64,000 bases of DNA from an uncultured Bdellovibrionales bacterium (GCA_964436855.1 CAYTED010000004.1:3627-67626), one strand, 5' to 3'. Shown: positions 1 to 9,764, counted from the first letter of the stretch. The notes: a model not told the origin generated them from the letters alone. Program-made: numbers and translations.

Positions 1-17
1 GCAAAGAGGTATGGGTC

Positions 18-320
18 TTGAGCGTTCCACTCGACTACCCGATGGATCTGGAATTCTTCAATGCGGGAAAAGATCGGGTTGAGAAATGGCTTACTTCAAT
101 TGGCCTTTTCGGTCACACAGAGGTCACTCTCGAACGATCGCGCATAAAGACAGATGGTAATGAGAAAACCGTTACCGGAACAAACGCGCTCACCTTCACT
201 TTCGACTCCATCGCTCTCAAAACATTCCTCGCAATTCAATTGCACAAAATGATCACGGTGTTCTACCAAGAATCCAAAGAACAAACGGTCGCGGTGAACA
301 TCACCGGAATAGCACTCTAG
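18..320 (+). CDS. hypothetical protein (start uncertain, may begin upstream of window)
   Basis: 100-aa ORF followed by a GC hairpin plus T-run (~328-361). Confidence 0.5.
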   Translation: MSVPLDYPMDLEFFNAGKDRVEKWLTSIGLFGHTEVTLERSRIKTDGNEKTVTGTNALTFTFDSIALKTFLAIQLHKMITVFYQESKEQTVAVNITGIAL

Positions 321-446
321 CACCCTCCCCCTCGCCGCCAGCGCGCCGCGAGGGTTTTTCTTTACAAGAAATCCCCTTTATGGTACAAAAGACAGGTTGT
401 TTAAAAGAAGAGGGTGGCGCTCCAAAAATTCAAGGAGAAAAAAGCA

Positions 447-839
447 ATGGAGTATAAAGCAAGGAGTATCGTCGTTACGGGATCGCAAGGAGCAGCATCT
501 TTCCCTTTCAGTCTCTACATCCACGAGAGAATTCTCAGAATGAAGTTCGAGAACTTTAAGAGAAAACGCCCGGACCTCATGTGTCTCCGCATGGCGATCA
601 CTCATCGGCAGATCATCATTCGGCCGCGTCAGGGAAAGGAAAGCACCCCAACGGAGAGCGACATCAGGAGCGCGTTCGCGTTTCTCGATATTACCGTGGA
701 ATCACCGAAGCCGCCTTCGGAAAAGAAGAAACCGAAGACGGTCACAAGGACACCGCGGAGCAAGCATAATGGTCGTCCGAACTTGAGTGGAGCGGCGAGA
801 TTCTCGAGAACCGCTGCCCTACTCGCCGCTCGACATTAA
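447..839 (+). CDS. hypothetical basic protein
   Basis: AAGGAG upstream of ATG 447; Lys/Arg-rich C-terminus; terminator follows. Confidence 0.5.
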   Translation: MEYKARSIVVTGSQGAASFPFSLYIHERILRMKFENFKRKRPDLMCLRMAITHRQIIIRPRQGKESTPTESDIRSAFAFLDITVESPKPPSEKKKPKTVTRTPRSKHNGRPNLSGAARFSRTAALLAARH

Positions 840-891
840 TCTACGCGCCACACCCTCTCACAGCATCCTCTGAAAACTATCAGGGGCAGTC

Positions 892-922
892 AACCACGGG
901 TTCTTCATCCCGTGGTTTTTTC
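892..922 (+). terminator. intrinsic terminator
   Basis: AACCACGGG-loop-CCCGTGGTT followed by T-run. Confidence 0.6.
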
Positions 923-975
923 TTTTCCTTATTTGCCTTCTTGCTTTCTTTTCGGCAGAGTGGAAATATATCTCT

Positions 976-3093
976 ATGATCGAAAATACTTCACTCAACA
1001 CTCGCTCCGGCATCTCGCAATACTATCTCACCCGCCTCAAACGACTCGGGATCACGACCCTGCGCGACCTCCTCTTTCATTTTCCCTCGCGCTATGAAGA
1101 TTATTCCGTCACAAAAAAAATCGCCGAACTCCTCCCGGATGAAAAAGCGACCATCGAAGGTATCGTCAAAACGTTCAAATCAGGCCGCACCTTTCACAAA
1201 AAAATGTTTCTCGCCGAAGCGACGCTCGCTGATGAGTCCGGATCTATCCGCATCATTTGGTTCAATCAAAAATTTGTCGCACAGATGATACGGCCCGGGA
1301 TGCACCTTCGCGTATCCGGCAAAGTAAGCAATGACAAACACGGTCTCCATTTTTCCAACCCCGCCTTCGAACGCGCCGAACGAGACGAAACACATACCGG
1401 CCGCCTCGTCCCCATATACCCCGAAACCTCCGGCCTCACCTCGAAATTCTTCCGCTGGCAAATCGGCGAAATACTCAAAAAACATCTCAAAGGCATTCCC
1501 GACTTTGTCCCCGAAGAAATCCTCACTCGTCTTCACCTCCCCTCGCTCGCCCGCGCACTCGCCTACATTCACTTCCCCAACAAACTCGACGAAGCCCTCC
1601 TCGCCGAAAAACGATTTGCTTTCGACGAAATGCTCCTCGTCCAACTCAAATCACTTCTCACCAAATCTTCCTGGGATGCCGCTCGTGCGATTTCTTTTCC
1701 TCGCGCCGAAAAAGACGCCGAAGCACTGCTCACATCACTCCCCTTCACACTCACTGCCGCGCAGACCCGAGCGACCCAAGAAATTCTCGCCGATCTCACC
1801 CAAGGAAAACCGATGAACCGACTCTTGAATGGCGATGTCGGATCGGGAAAAACGATAGTCGCCGCCATTGCCTGTCACGCGATCGCGAATGCCGATTTTC
1901 AATCCGCGCTCCTCGCGCCGACCGAAGTTTTGGCCCGACAACACTACGAAACATTCGCAAAACTTTTTGCAAAAACAGATACAAAAATTGCCCTCCTCAC
2001 CCAAGCCTATCAAATCCTCGACGGACAAATCGTCTCCCGAGCGACGCTTCTTGCTGCGCTCAAGTCCGGCATGATCCATATCTTGATCGGCACGCATGCC
2101 ATCATCCAGAAAGACATTCGTTTCAAAAATCTCGCTCTCGTCATCATCGACGAACAACACCGATTTGGCGTGGCACAGCGCGCCTATCTTCAAGAAGAAG
2201 CCAAAAATATCAACGATGGACTCGCAGAGACCACACCACACTTCCTCACTATGACCGCCACCCCGATTCCGCGGACACTCACGCTCGCCTATTTCGGCAA
2301 TCTCGAACTCTCCCTCCTCGACGAAATGCCAAAATCGCGAAAACCCATTATCACCAAAATTGCAAAAAACAACGCTGACCGAAACAAAATCTATGATTTT
2401 ATCCGAAAGCACATTCGCGAGGGACGACAAGCATTTGTCATCCTCCCGCTCGTCGAGGAAAGCGAAGCGCTTGCCGATGTAAAGGCGGCAACTGTCGAGC
2501 GCGATCGTCTCGGAAAAGAAATTTTTTCCGATCTTTCAATCGGCCTCTTGCATGGCCGGCTCAAATCAAAAGAAAAAGAAGAAGTGATGCGCGATTTTAA
2601 AGAAAAAAAATATCAGATTCTTGTCGCAACCGCCGTCGTCGAAGTCGGTATCGATGTTCCCAATGCTACAATCATGGTGATCGAAGATGCCGAACGATTC
2701 GGACTCTCGCAACTCCACCAATTCCGCGGACGCGTTGGTCGCGGTGAGCATCAGTCATATTGCTTTCTCTTTCCCCACCAACATCCCGCCGAATCGGGAA
2801 GTTCCGGCGGACAGGCCGGCTCCATAAATGAACGTCTGAAAATATTGGAGAAAACCAACAATGGTTTCGAGATCGCCGAAGAAGATCTCAAAATCCGAGG
2901 ACCCGGATCATTTTTCGGCATTCGCCAGTCAGGACTTCCCGATGTCGCAATGGAAAATCTCGCCAATGTAAAACTCGTCAAAATCTCCCGCACCGAAGCG
3001 GAAACACTTCTCAAAAAAGACCCCTCCCTCGCATCGTTTCCCCTCCTCCAAAAAGAACTCGCTCGCTTTGACCAACGCATTCACTTGGAGTAA
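976..3093 (+). CDS. recG: ATP-dependent DNA helicase RecG
   Basis: wedge domain, GDVGSGKT, DEQH, TATPIPRT, QFRGRVGRG and TRG motifs. Confidence 0.97.
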   Translation: MIENTSLNTRSGISQYYLTRLKRLGITTLRDLLFHFPSRYEDYSVTKKIAELLPDEKATIEGIVKTFKSGRTFHKKMFLAEATLADESGSIRIIWFNQKFVAQMIRPGMHLRVSGKVSNDKHGLHFSNPAFERAERDETHTGRLVPIYPETSGLTSKFFRWQIGEILKKHLKGIPDFVPEEILTRLHLPSLARALAYIHFPNKLDEALLAEKRFAFDEMLLVQLKSLLTKSSWDAARAISFPRAEKDAEALLTSLPFTLTAAQTRATQEILADLTQGKPMNRLLNGDVGSGKTIVAAIACHAIANADFQSALLAPTEVLARQHYETFAKLFAKTDTKIALLTQAYQILDGQIVSRATLLAALKSGMIHILIGTHAIIQKDIRFKNLALVIIDEQHRFGVAQRAYLQEEAKNINDGLAETTPHFLTMTATPIPRTLTLAYFGNLELSLLDEMPKSRKPIITKIAKNNADRNKIYDFIRKHIREGRQAFVILPLVEESEALADVKAATVERDRLGKEIFSDLSIGLLHGRLKSKEKEEVMRDFKEKKYQILVATAVVEVGIDVPNATIMVIEDAERFGLSQLHQFRGRVGRGEHQSYCFLFPHQHPAESGSSGGQAGSINERLKILEKTNNGFEIAEEDLKIRGPGSFFGIRQSGLPDVAMENLANVKLVKISRTEAETLLKKDPSLASFPLLQKELARFDQRIHLE
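2785..2815 (-). repeat. CCTG-footed mini-hairpin element inside recG
   Basis: minus strand CCTGTCCGCC-N15-GGCGGG; translated as PAESGSSGGQ; same family at 25262, 37433, 45505. Confidence 0.65.
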
Positions 3094-3329
3094 ATTTTTC
3101 TTTCTTTTTAACGAAAAATACATTCCTCTTTCTTTGTACGCACAAAGAAAGAAAAGTATCGTCCTGCGTTTTGCTGTGAAAGCTCTTTCGATTCACTTCG
3201 CTCAATGTCCGTCTGCCGTTTCACTTCCTACTTACGAAAGGTGTCCTTCAGAACGCTTCACTTCATCTCGCATCTTTTGTAAAGCTTCACTCAACGGACG
3301 ATGTATTTTTGAAATCGACCGCAAGCGAA

Positions 3330-3433
3330 GTATCGAAAGAAATATCGATGAAGCGAAGGAAAAAGAAGCTCCAAAGGAGGAAGCAAAGCGCCTCTGGAGT
3401 TTCTTCCGAAGCGAGTCGAATATTTCTCGATAC
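3330..3433. repeat. long imperfect palindrome with recurring GAAGCG loops
   Basis: arms GTATCGAAAGAAATAT/ATATTTCTCGATAC and AAGAAGCTCCA/TGGAGTTTCTT. Confidence 0.6.
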
Positions 3434-3562
3434 GAAGCGCAGGGAGAGAGTTTTTCTTTGCATACTTTCTTTTTTCGGAAAAAAAGAAAGTATGAAGAAG
3501 AAATGATCAGAGAAAATGAAAAAGGGTCGACCGAAGTCGAACCCTTTATTCGAAAAGCTTCT

Positions 3563-3745
3563 CTACCGATGCCTGTGCTTGTGCCGAATTCCGAAGCCCA
3601 TGTGGATCACACGACGACTTCCCTGCCTACTACCACCATTGTCGGTGGGGCGAGGAAGAACATGTCTCCCATTCTCACCCGCAACCGAGGCGACTGGATG
3701 ATACAGTACTACCGTTGTTTGTTGTAGACCTCCAGCTTTGCGCAT
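3563..3745 (-). CDS. small hypothetical protein (60 aa)
   Basis: AAAGGAG SD; TTGCAA-N17-TATAAA promoter near 3856-3885; terminator hairpin ~3520-3547. Confidence 0.35.
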   Translation of the reverse strand: MRKAGGLQQTTVVLYHPVASVAGENGRHVLPRPTDNGGSRQGSRRVIHMGFGIRHKHRHR

Positions 3746-3924
3746 AGCGTTTTCTCTCCTTTGCATCGCAATACAACGAAATTCCTTGAAAAGACAAACC
3801 GTAACATTGACGGGCAAGGCTCCTCAAGGGCCAAAAAAGAAATGCTAATGTATCCCTTTATAGCAACTTTCAAAAATCTTTGCAAGAGACAGTGAGCCGT
3901 TTCAAAAAAGAGCTGTTCTCTCCC

Positions 3925-5622
3925 TTACTTGCGACGTATTTTTTCCGTCACCCAAAACTCCCCAAAGTATTTCCCAAACAAGAGCCGTGTCTGCGAATCA
4001 AGCGCCGGAAACGCCGAAAGAAACGCGATCAATGGCGAGATAATCCATTGGAGAAACATCAAGATATATCGCGACCAGTGATACTTTTCCGGTTTCGGCG
4101 GAAGCGACACCATCGAAAGCGGCACCGAAACCGCCATACCCATCATCGCAAGCGTCATCAATGTTTGCGTGACAAGCGGAAGGTTGTGCGCAAGAAGCCC
4201 CTCACGAAATGCCTCTCCCCCGAGAACAAGCGGCAACCATCCGAGAAACGCAAGAATAAATGAAGTCGTCGCCCATGAGTGATGTCCCTCGATCATTTCA
4301 AAAGTAACGCGGATCTTCACACGAAGCGGAACATTCGGATTCGGCCACACCGCGCGAAGCGTAACCGGCCAGTTCTCGATTCCATACGCCCAACGCCGAA
4401 GCTGCTTGTACTGATTCTTGATCGTCTTCCAGTACGTCTCCGCAAGCACCGCATCGAGCGACACCGGAAGATGAATCGGCTTCACCTCATAATCCCCATT
4501 GAAGTATGAGAGGCATTTCCAATAAATCACCGAGTCTTCACTGATCATATTGAGCGGCCAAAAACCAACCTTCACTAACGTATCAAATGATTCCGAGTGC
4601 GAAGAAAACGTTACCATTTCCCGACGAGTACTCTGATAAAGATGCCAAAACGACGACCCTGTCACCGCGAGCCGAACAAACGCGTTCGTATCCCACAAGT
4701 TATTGTGATACACCGGGATCGGCTGATACGCGCGCCGGTGTCGCTTCGGATCAGTGATAAACGCGTAGGAGAGCGCAGCAAAATATTCCGGATGCGCCAC
4801 CGTATCGCAATCAAAATTCGAAAAAATAACCCGCTTGTAATCAATCTTCCGTTCATCGAAATACGCCATCAGGTATCGCGCGGCAAACGCCGCATTGGAC
4901 GCCTTGCACTTCATCTCGTTTGCCGCGACGATATGCGTCGTTACGATAAAATCACGGAACTTCCCCGCAAATGTGTTTGTAAGATATTCCACTTTCGGAA
5001 TACGCGTCATCGGATTTTCTCGCTCTTCCGTCGCGAGCACTACAATCATTTGTTCTTTGGGAAAGTTCGTTTCAAGAAGCGATCGGATAGCCGGCTCAAT
5101 AATTTCAGCCGACTCATTTGCCGTCGGAAGAAGAACGACATGAATCACATCTCGCCAGTCAAGTATTTCTTTCTCGATCGGAACAAGCGATTCCACTTCT
5201 TCGAGGTATCGTTTGGTTTTTACGATCGATCGACGAACGATACAACGCTCCCGTAAATGAAAAAACGGAAGTTCTCGAAGCGCATTTCGATATCCGTCGA
5301 TACGTTCCTGTAAGAGTTTCGCATACACGTTTGGATGAACAATATTCTGACATCGCTCCCACCAATCAATCTTCTTTCCCTCGCGAAGCATAAAATGCCC
5401 CTTGAGCGAATAGTACGAAATAAATATCGTCCGATAAATCCAATAGATATCAAAAAGAATAATAAAAACGGCCGCCCATACCGGCTTCAAAAAAGAAAGG
5501 AGAAGCATTCCAAGGACGGTCGCCCACGAAAGCATTCCCGGAATCATTTCGAGCGTTCTTTGCGCCAGTCTCCCCCACTTTTCCGTTGTTTTCGGGTCAG
5601 GAAAATGAAAATTCGGATCCAT
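3925..5622 (-). CDS. membrane glycosyltransferase family 2
   Basis: DCD (DxD), SED and QLRRW (QxxRW) motifs; N- and C-terminal TM helices. Confidence 0.9.
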   Translation of the reverse strand: MDPNFHFPDPKTTEKWGRLAQRTLEMIPGMLSWATVLGMLLLSFLKPVWAAVFIILFDIYWIYRTIFISYYSLKGHFMLREGKKIDWWERCQNIVHPNVYAKLLQERIDGYRNALRELPFFHLRERCIVRRSIVKTKRYLEEVESLVPIEKEILDWRDVIHVVLLPTANESAEIIEPAIRSLLETNFPKEQMIVVLATEERENPMTRIPKVEYLTNTFAGKFRDFIVTTHIVAANEMKCKASNAAFAARYLMAYFDERKIDYKRVIFSNFDCDTVAHPEYFAALSYAFITDPKRHRRAYQPIPVYHNNLWDTNAFVRLAVTGSSFWHLYQSTRREMVTFSSHSESFDTLVKVGFWPLNMISEDSVIYWKCLSYFNGDYEVKPIHLPVSLDAVLAETYWKTIKNQYKQLRRWAYGIENWPVTLRAVWPNPNVPLRVKIRVTFEMIEGHHSWATTSFILAFLGWLPLVLGGEAFREGLLAHNLPLVTQTLMTLAMMGMAVSVPLSMVSLPPKPEKYHWSRYILMFLQWIISPLIAFLSAFPALDSQTRLLFGKYFGEFWVTEKIRRK

Positions 5623-5722
5623 AATATTCAGCTTTAGAATACCGCGTATCGTACCGCAAATCCACCGATCTGTCCATGCAGCAACCATATTCAGCAAAAG
5701 AAAAATCTCTTATACTAAAATT

Positions 5723-7018
5723 ATGCACAAAACAAAAAAATTTCCCGACGGTTTTTTGTGGGGCTCCGCCACGAGCTCGCATCAGGTCGAAGGAGGGAAT
5801 CACAATGACTGGAGCGAATGGGAAAAGAAAAACGCCGTCCGTCTCGCCCGCGAATCATCAAAACACTTCTCACAGTTCCCATCATGGGAATTCATCCAAA
5901 AAGAAGCGGAGGATCCGAAAAACTATCTCTCCGGAAACGCTTGCGATCATTACCACCACTACGAAGAAGATTTCGACATCGCAGCATCCCTCGGCCACAA
6001 TGCCCATCGTTTCAGCATCGAGTGGTCGCGCATCGAACCCGAAGAGGGCGTGTTTGACGAGCAAGAAATTGAGCACTATCGAAATGTTTTGCTCGCCCTT
6101 CGCAAACGCAATATCGAACCATTTGTCACGCTCTGGCACTGGACTATTCCCGTCTGGCTCGCCCAGAAAGGCGGCTGGGAAAACAAACACTCCGTCGAGC
6201 ACTTTCTTCGATACGCCGAAAAAATAGTGACCGAATATCGCGACCTTGTGAGATTTTGGATGCCACTCAATGAGCCCGGCACCTTCGTCGGGATGAGCTA
6301 TATCCAGGGAGCGTTTCCCCCTCAGAAGCGCCTCGCGCTCTTTGCCGCCAACCGCGTCTTCAAAAATTTGATGCGCACATACCGGAAAACCTACTCCCTG
6401 ATAAAAAAATACGACCCGGACTCGATCGTCGGAATGTCTCACTATGCCGTGTACATGTTCCCCAGTACGAGCAGCCTCGCAAACAAACTCCTCGTAAAAA
6501 TACTCGACTACATCCGCAACTGGCGATTCCTTGATTCGATCAATCAGACAAACGACTTTATCGGTATCCAATACTACCATACCGACTGCATTGCTTTCGC
6601 ACCGCTCGGAAACGGCACTTGGGGCTTTATCAATAAAAAAGAAATCAATCCCTGGGGAAAAAATCGAACCGATATGGGTTGGGACATCTATCCGGAAGGG
6701 ATGTACCACCTGCTCCGGCGCGCCGCAAAATACAAGAAGCCGATCTACATCACCGAAAACGGACTTGCGGATATGAGAGACGCGTTGCGAGAAGACTTTA
6801 TCAAAGAAAACCTCCTCCAAGTACACCGCGCTATTACGGAAGGCGTTGATATTCGCGGTTACTTTTATTGGTCACTCCTCGACAATTTCGAATGGAACAA
6901 GGGGTACTGGCCACGCTTTGGACTCATCTCCTTCAACAAAAATACTCTCAAGCGCACCATCCGACCAAGCGCCTACTCCTACAAAAAAATCTGCGACACG
7001 AATACGCTTGAAATATGA
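5723..7018 (+). CDS. glycoside hydrolase family 1 (beta-glucosidase-like)
   Basis: FLWGSATSSHQVEG, NEP acid/base, ITENG nucleophile, DNFEW. Confidence 0.95.
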   Translation: MHKTKKFPDGFLWGSATSSHQVEGGNHNDWSEWEKKNAVRLARESSKHFSQFPSWEFIQKEAEDPKNYLSGNACDHYHHYEEDFDIAASLGHNAHRFSIEWSRIEPEEGVFDEQEIEHYRNVLLALRKRNIEPFVTLWHWTIPVWLAQKGGWENKHSVEHFLRYAEKIVTEYRDLVRFWMPLNEPGTFVGMSYIQGAFPPQKRLALFAANRVFKNLMRTYRKTYSLIKKYDPDSIVGMSHYAVYMFPSTSSLANKLLVKILDYIRNWRFLDSINQTNDFIGIQYYHTDCIAFAPLGNGTWGFINKKEINPWGKNRTDMGWDIYPEGMYHLLRRAAKYKKPIYITENGLADMRDALREDFIKENLLQVHRAITEGVDIRGYFYWSLLDNFEWNKGYWPRFGLISFNKNTLKRTIRPSAYSYKKICDTNTLEI

Positions 7019-7062
7019 AAGGCCGATTACGTTTGTAACCGGCCTGGAAAAAATTCATCGCC

Positions 7063-7464
7063 TCACAGGAGCGCTGCTCCGGTAGTGATCACAAGGAAAA
7101 AAACCAGAATCCCGAAAAGTATCAGGACCCATCGCTTATCCCAAGACTCCTTTCCATTTTCCTCGGGCGAACGGGAATCGAAATTGGCATAGAGCCACCA
7201 CAGAACATACCGCGACCCTACCCCGAGAACCGTCGCGATAAGCGCGATAAGGGTCGGGTCAAACTGGAACGGCGCTTCCCCTGGGAAAAAAAACGCCACC
7301 ACCAATACCAAAAGAGACAACCACTGAACAAGAAAAGTCCGGTATTCCTTCTCATTCGATGCCCGCCCCTTACGAGCCTCACTTTCAAGCATTATTGCTG
7401 GAATAGCAAACACCATACTAACAATGGCAAACGCAATGAAAACCGCATTTATCCACTCACCCAT
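7063..7464 (-). CDS. hypothetical membrane protein (about 4 TM)
   Basis: CAGGAG SD; hydrophobic segments; directly downstream of tRNA-Glu. Confidence 0.6.
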   Translation of the reverse strand: MGEWINAVFIAFAIVSMVFAIPAIMLESEARKGRASNEKEYRTFLVQWLSLLVLVVAFFFPGEAPFQFDPTLIALIATVLGVGSRYVLWWLYANFDSRSPEENGKESWDKRWVLILFGILVFFLVITTGAALL

Positions 7465-7527
7465 CTCTGTCTCCTGGTTGTCAAGTCGCGAGAAAAGTCT
7501 CGTGAAAACTCTTTGAGAAAAAACAAG

Positions 7528-7599
7528 TAGCCCCAAGGGGAGTCGAACCCCTCTTACCAGGATGAAAACCTGATGTCCTAGCCGATAGACGATGGGGCC
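7528..7599 (-). tRNA. tRNA-Glu(TTC)
   Basis: cloverleaf GGCCCCA...TCAGG-TTTTCAT-CCTGG...GGTTCGACTCC. Confidence 0.95.
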
Positions 7600-7752
7600 A
7601 AATTTGGAAACACAACAAAAAAACAGCGAAACACTGCAAGCACATCATAGCATAAAATCACCTTTACGCAAGGCGGCTCGTCTCTTTTTCTTAAGCACCC
7701 TTTTAATACCCTGCTTTATGCTCTATACTCCATACCTTATACTTCCATATAT

Positions 7753-8991
7753 ATGAAAATTCTCTCTATCGAAACTTCTTGCGACGAAACCGCCGCCGCC
7801 ATTGTCGAAAAGCAAGGCGAGAATGTTTCCATACACGCAAGCGTCGTCTCTTCGCAGATCGACCTCCATGCCAAATATGGCGGTGTCGTCCCCAATCTCG
7901 CCGCGCGAGAACATACAAAAAATATCGTCCCGGTCATCGAAGAAACTCTCGCGGAAGCGAAATGTACCCCAAGCGATATTGATCTCATCGCGGTTACCCA
8001 GGGGCCCGGCCTTATCCCCGCCCTCCTCGTCGGCACAACCGCCGCGAAAACACTCTCGTGCGTTTGGAAAAAACCATTAATTGGAATACACCACATCGAG
8101 GGACATATCTACGCCAATTTCATTGGCAATAACCAATTACCAATCCGCCAGCTGACGGACAAGATACAAACAAATCCCAATAATCAAATTTTAAATTCGA
8201 AAATTCATTCATTAGAGATTGATTCAAAATTCGAAAATCAAAATTCGAAATTCCCCCTAGTAGCTCTCGTCGTCTCCGGCGGACACACAGAACTCATATT
8301 GATGCGCGATCACTTCGACTACGAAATTCTCGGCGAAACGGAAGACGATGCTGTCGGTGAATGTTTTGACAAGGTCGCGCGTATGCTCGGCCTCCCCTAT
8401 CCCGGAGGCCCGGCCGTCGCCAAACGTGCCGATACATTTCACTCTTCCTCCTCCTCTGCCCGAGGGGAGGTGTCGAGTCTTCGAGACGGAGGGGTGGGAG
8501 ATTCCAAATTCCAAATTCCAGATTCTCACTTTCAATTTCCTCGTCCCATGATCAATTCCGGCGATTACCGATTTTCTTTCTCCGGCCTCAAAACATCCGT
8601 TCTCTATTTTCTCAAGAAAAATGAAGAAAAAATGAAAGATGATGCTTTCATTGACGAAGTCTGCTCTGAATTTCAAGAAGCGGTCGTGGATGTATTGGTA
8701 ATAAAATCGAAACGGGCAATCGAAGAATTCCGACCGAAAACCTTCGTCATCGCCGGCGGTGTCTCGGCCAATGTTCGATTACGTAACCGATTACGTAATA
8801 TGATCGAGACCGAATTTCCCGACACCACATTTACCATGCCGGAATTTGAGTACTCACTCGACAACGCCGTCATGATCGGCGCCGCCGCCGCCTTCCGCTA
8901 CGATCGCATGAGCGACAAGCAAAAATCCGAACTCAAAAACAACTGGCAAACCCTCGAAGCAAGCGCCAGCCTCACGCTTTCCAATCTATGA
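7753..8991 (+). CDS. tsaD: tRNA t6A biosynthesis protein TsaD, with two in-frame repeat insertions
   Basis: IETSCDET, HHIEGH, VSGGHT, FSFSGLKT, DNAVMIG; 412 aa versus usual ~340. Confidence 0.96.
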   Translation: MKILSIETSCDETAAAIVEKQGENVSIHASVVSSQIDLHAKYGGVVPNLAAREHTKNIVPVIEETLAEAKCTPSDIDLIAVTQGPGLIPALLVGTTAAKTLSCVWKKPLIGIHHIEGHIYANFIGNNQLPIRQLTDKIQTNPNNQILNSKIHSLEIDSKFENQNSKFPLVALVVSGGHTELILMRDHFDYEILGETEDDAVGECFDKVARMLGLPYPGGPAVAKRADTFHSSSSSARGEVSSLRDGGVGDSKFQIPDSHFQFPRPMINSGDYRFSFSGLKTSVLYFLKKNEEKMKDDAFIDEVCSEFQEAVVDVLVIKSKRAIEEFRPKTFVIAGGVSANVRLRNRLRNMIETEFPDTTFTMPEFEYSLDNAVMIGAAAAFRYDRMSDKQKSELKNNWQTLEASASLTLSNL

Positions 8992-9728
8992 ATGTCACAC
9001 CGATAAAAACCGAAAAGGTATCTCCAAACGAGCAGACACTCATTTCTGTTCTCGACCGAAATCTCGAGCATTTTCCAGATCACTCTATCCTCGCTATCAG
9101 TGCAAAAATCATTTCCCTTTGTGAAGGTCGCATTGCCGATCTTTCCAAAGACAAAGAAGCTCTCATAAAGCAAGAGGCCGATTATTTCCTCCCAAAAAAA
9201 TTCCGCAAACACAAAGCCTCCGGAACTATCATTCATCACGCTTTCATTGGCGCGGCCGGCATCGATGAAAGCAATGCTGCCGGACACTATGTTCTTCTTC
9301 CAAAGGATCCACAACAAGCTGCCAATACCATTTATCAATACTTAAAAAAACGTTTCAATGTGAAACGCGCTGGCGTACTGATTACCGATAGTCATTCCAC
9401 TCCGATGCGACGTGGGGCTTCCGGTATAGCTCTTGCTTATCGCGGCTTCATAGGGCTCAAAGACTACCGAGGCAAACCAGACGTCTTCGGTCGAAAACTC
9501 ATTATGGAGCAAGCCAACATCGCCGATGCACTTGCAGCAACCGCTGTCCTTATGATGGGCGAAGGTGACGAGCAAACACCCCTCGCGCTCTTTGAAAACA
9601 TTCCAAATATCACTTTTAGCAATACCGCTCCGACCAAAAAAGAACTGGGTCAATTCTTCGTCGACCTCGAAGACGATATTTTTTTCCCGATCATCAACTT
9701 CAAACACCTCAAGAAAACAAAATTCTAG
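8988..9728 (+). CDS. CofE-like (F420:gamma-glutamyl ligase family) protein
   Basis: AGIDESN, ITDS..PMRRG, DYRGKPDVFGR, MGEGDE motifs. Confidence 0.8.
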   Translation: MNVTPIKTEKVSPNEQTLISVLDRNLEHFPDHSILAISAKIISLCEGRIADLSKDKEALIKQEADYFLPKKFRKHKASGTIIHHAFIGAAGIDESNAAGHYVLLPKDPQQAANTIYQYLKKRFNVKRAGVLITDSHSTPMRRGASGIALAYRGFIGLKDYRGKPDVFGRKLIMEQANIADALAATAVLMMGEGDEQTPLALFENIPNITFSNTAPTKKELGQFFVDLEDDIFFPIINFKHLKKTKF

Positions 9729-9764
9729 ACAAGTAAAAATCCCCCATATCATCAAGCCTTCCCG

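Noticed and set aside
3068-3727. 219-aa plus-strand ORF
   Set aside because: Runs through palindromic repeats, lacks a good start or motifs, and opposes a minus-strand unit with promoter, SD and terminator.
8127-8540. Inteins in TsaD
   Set aside because: Inserts are ~30-40 aa, lack C/S...HN splice motifs, and match non-coding DNA repeats.
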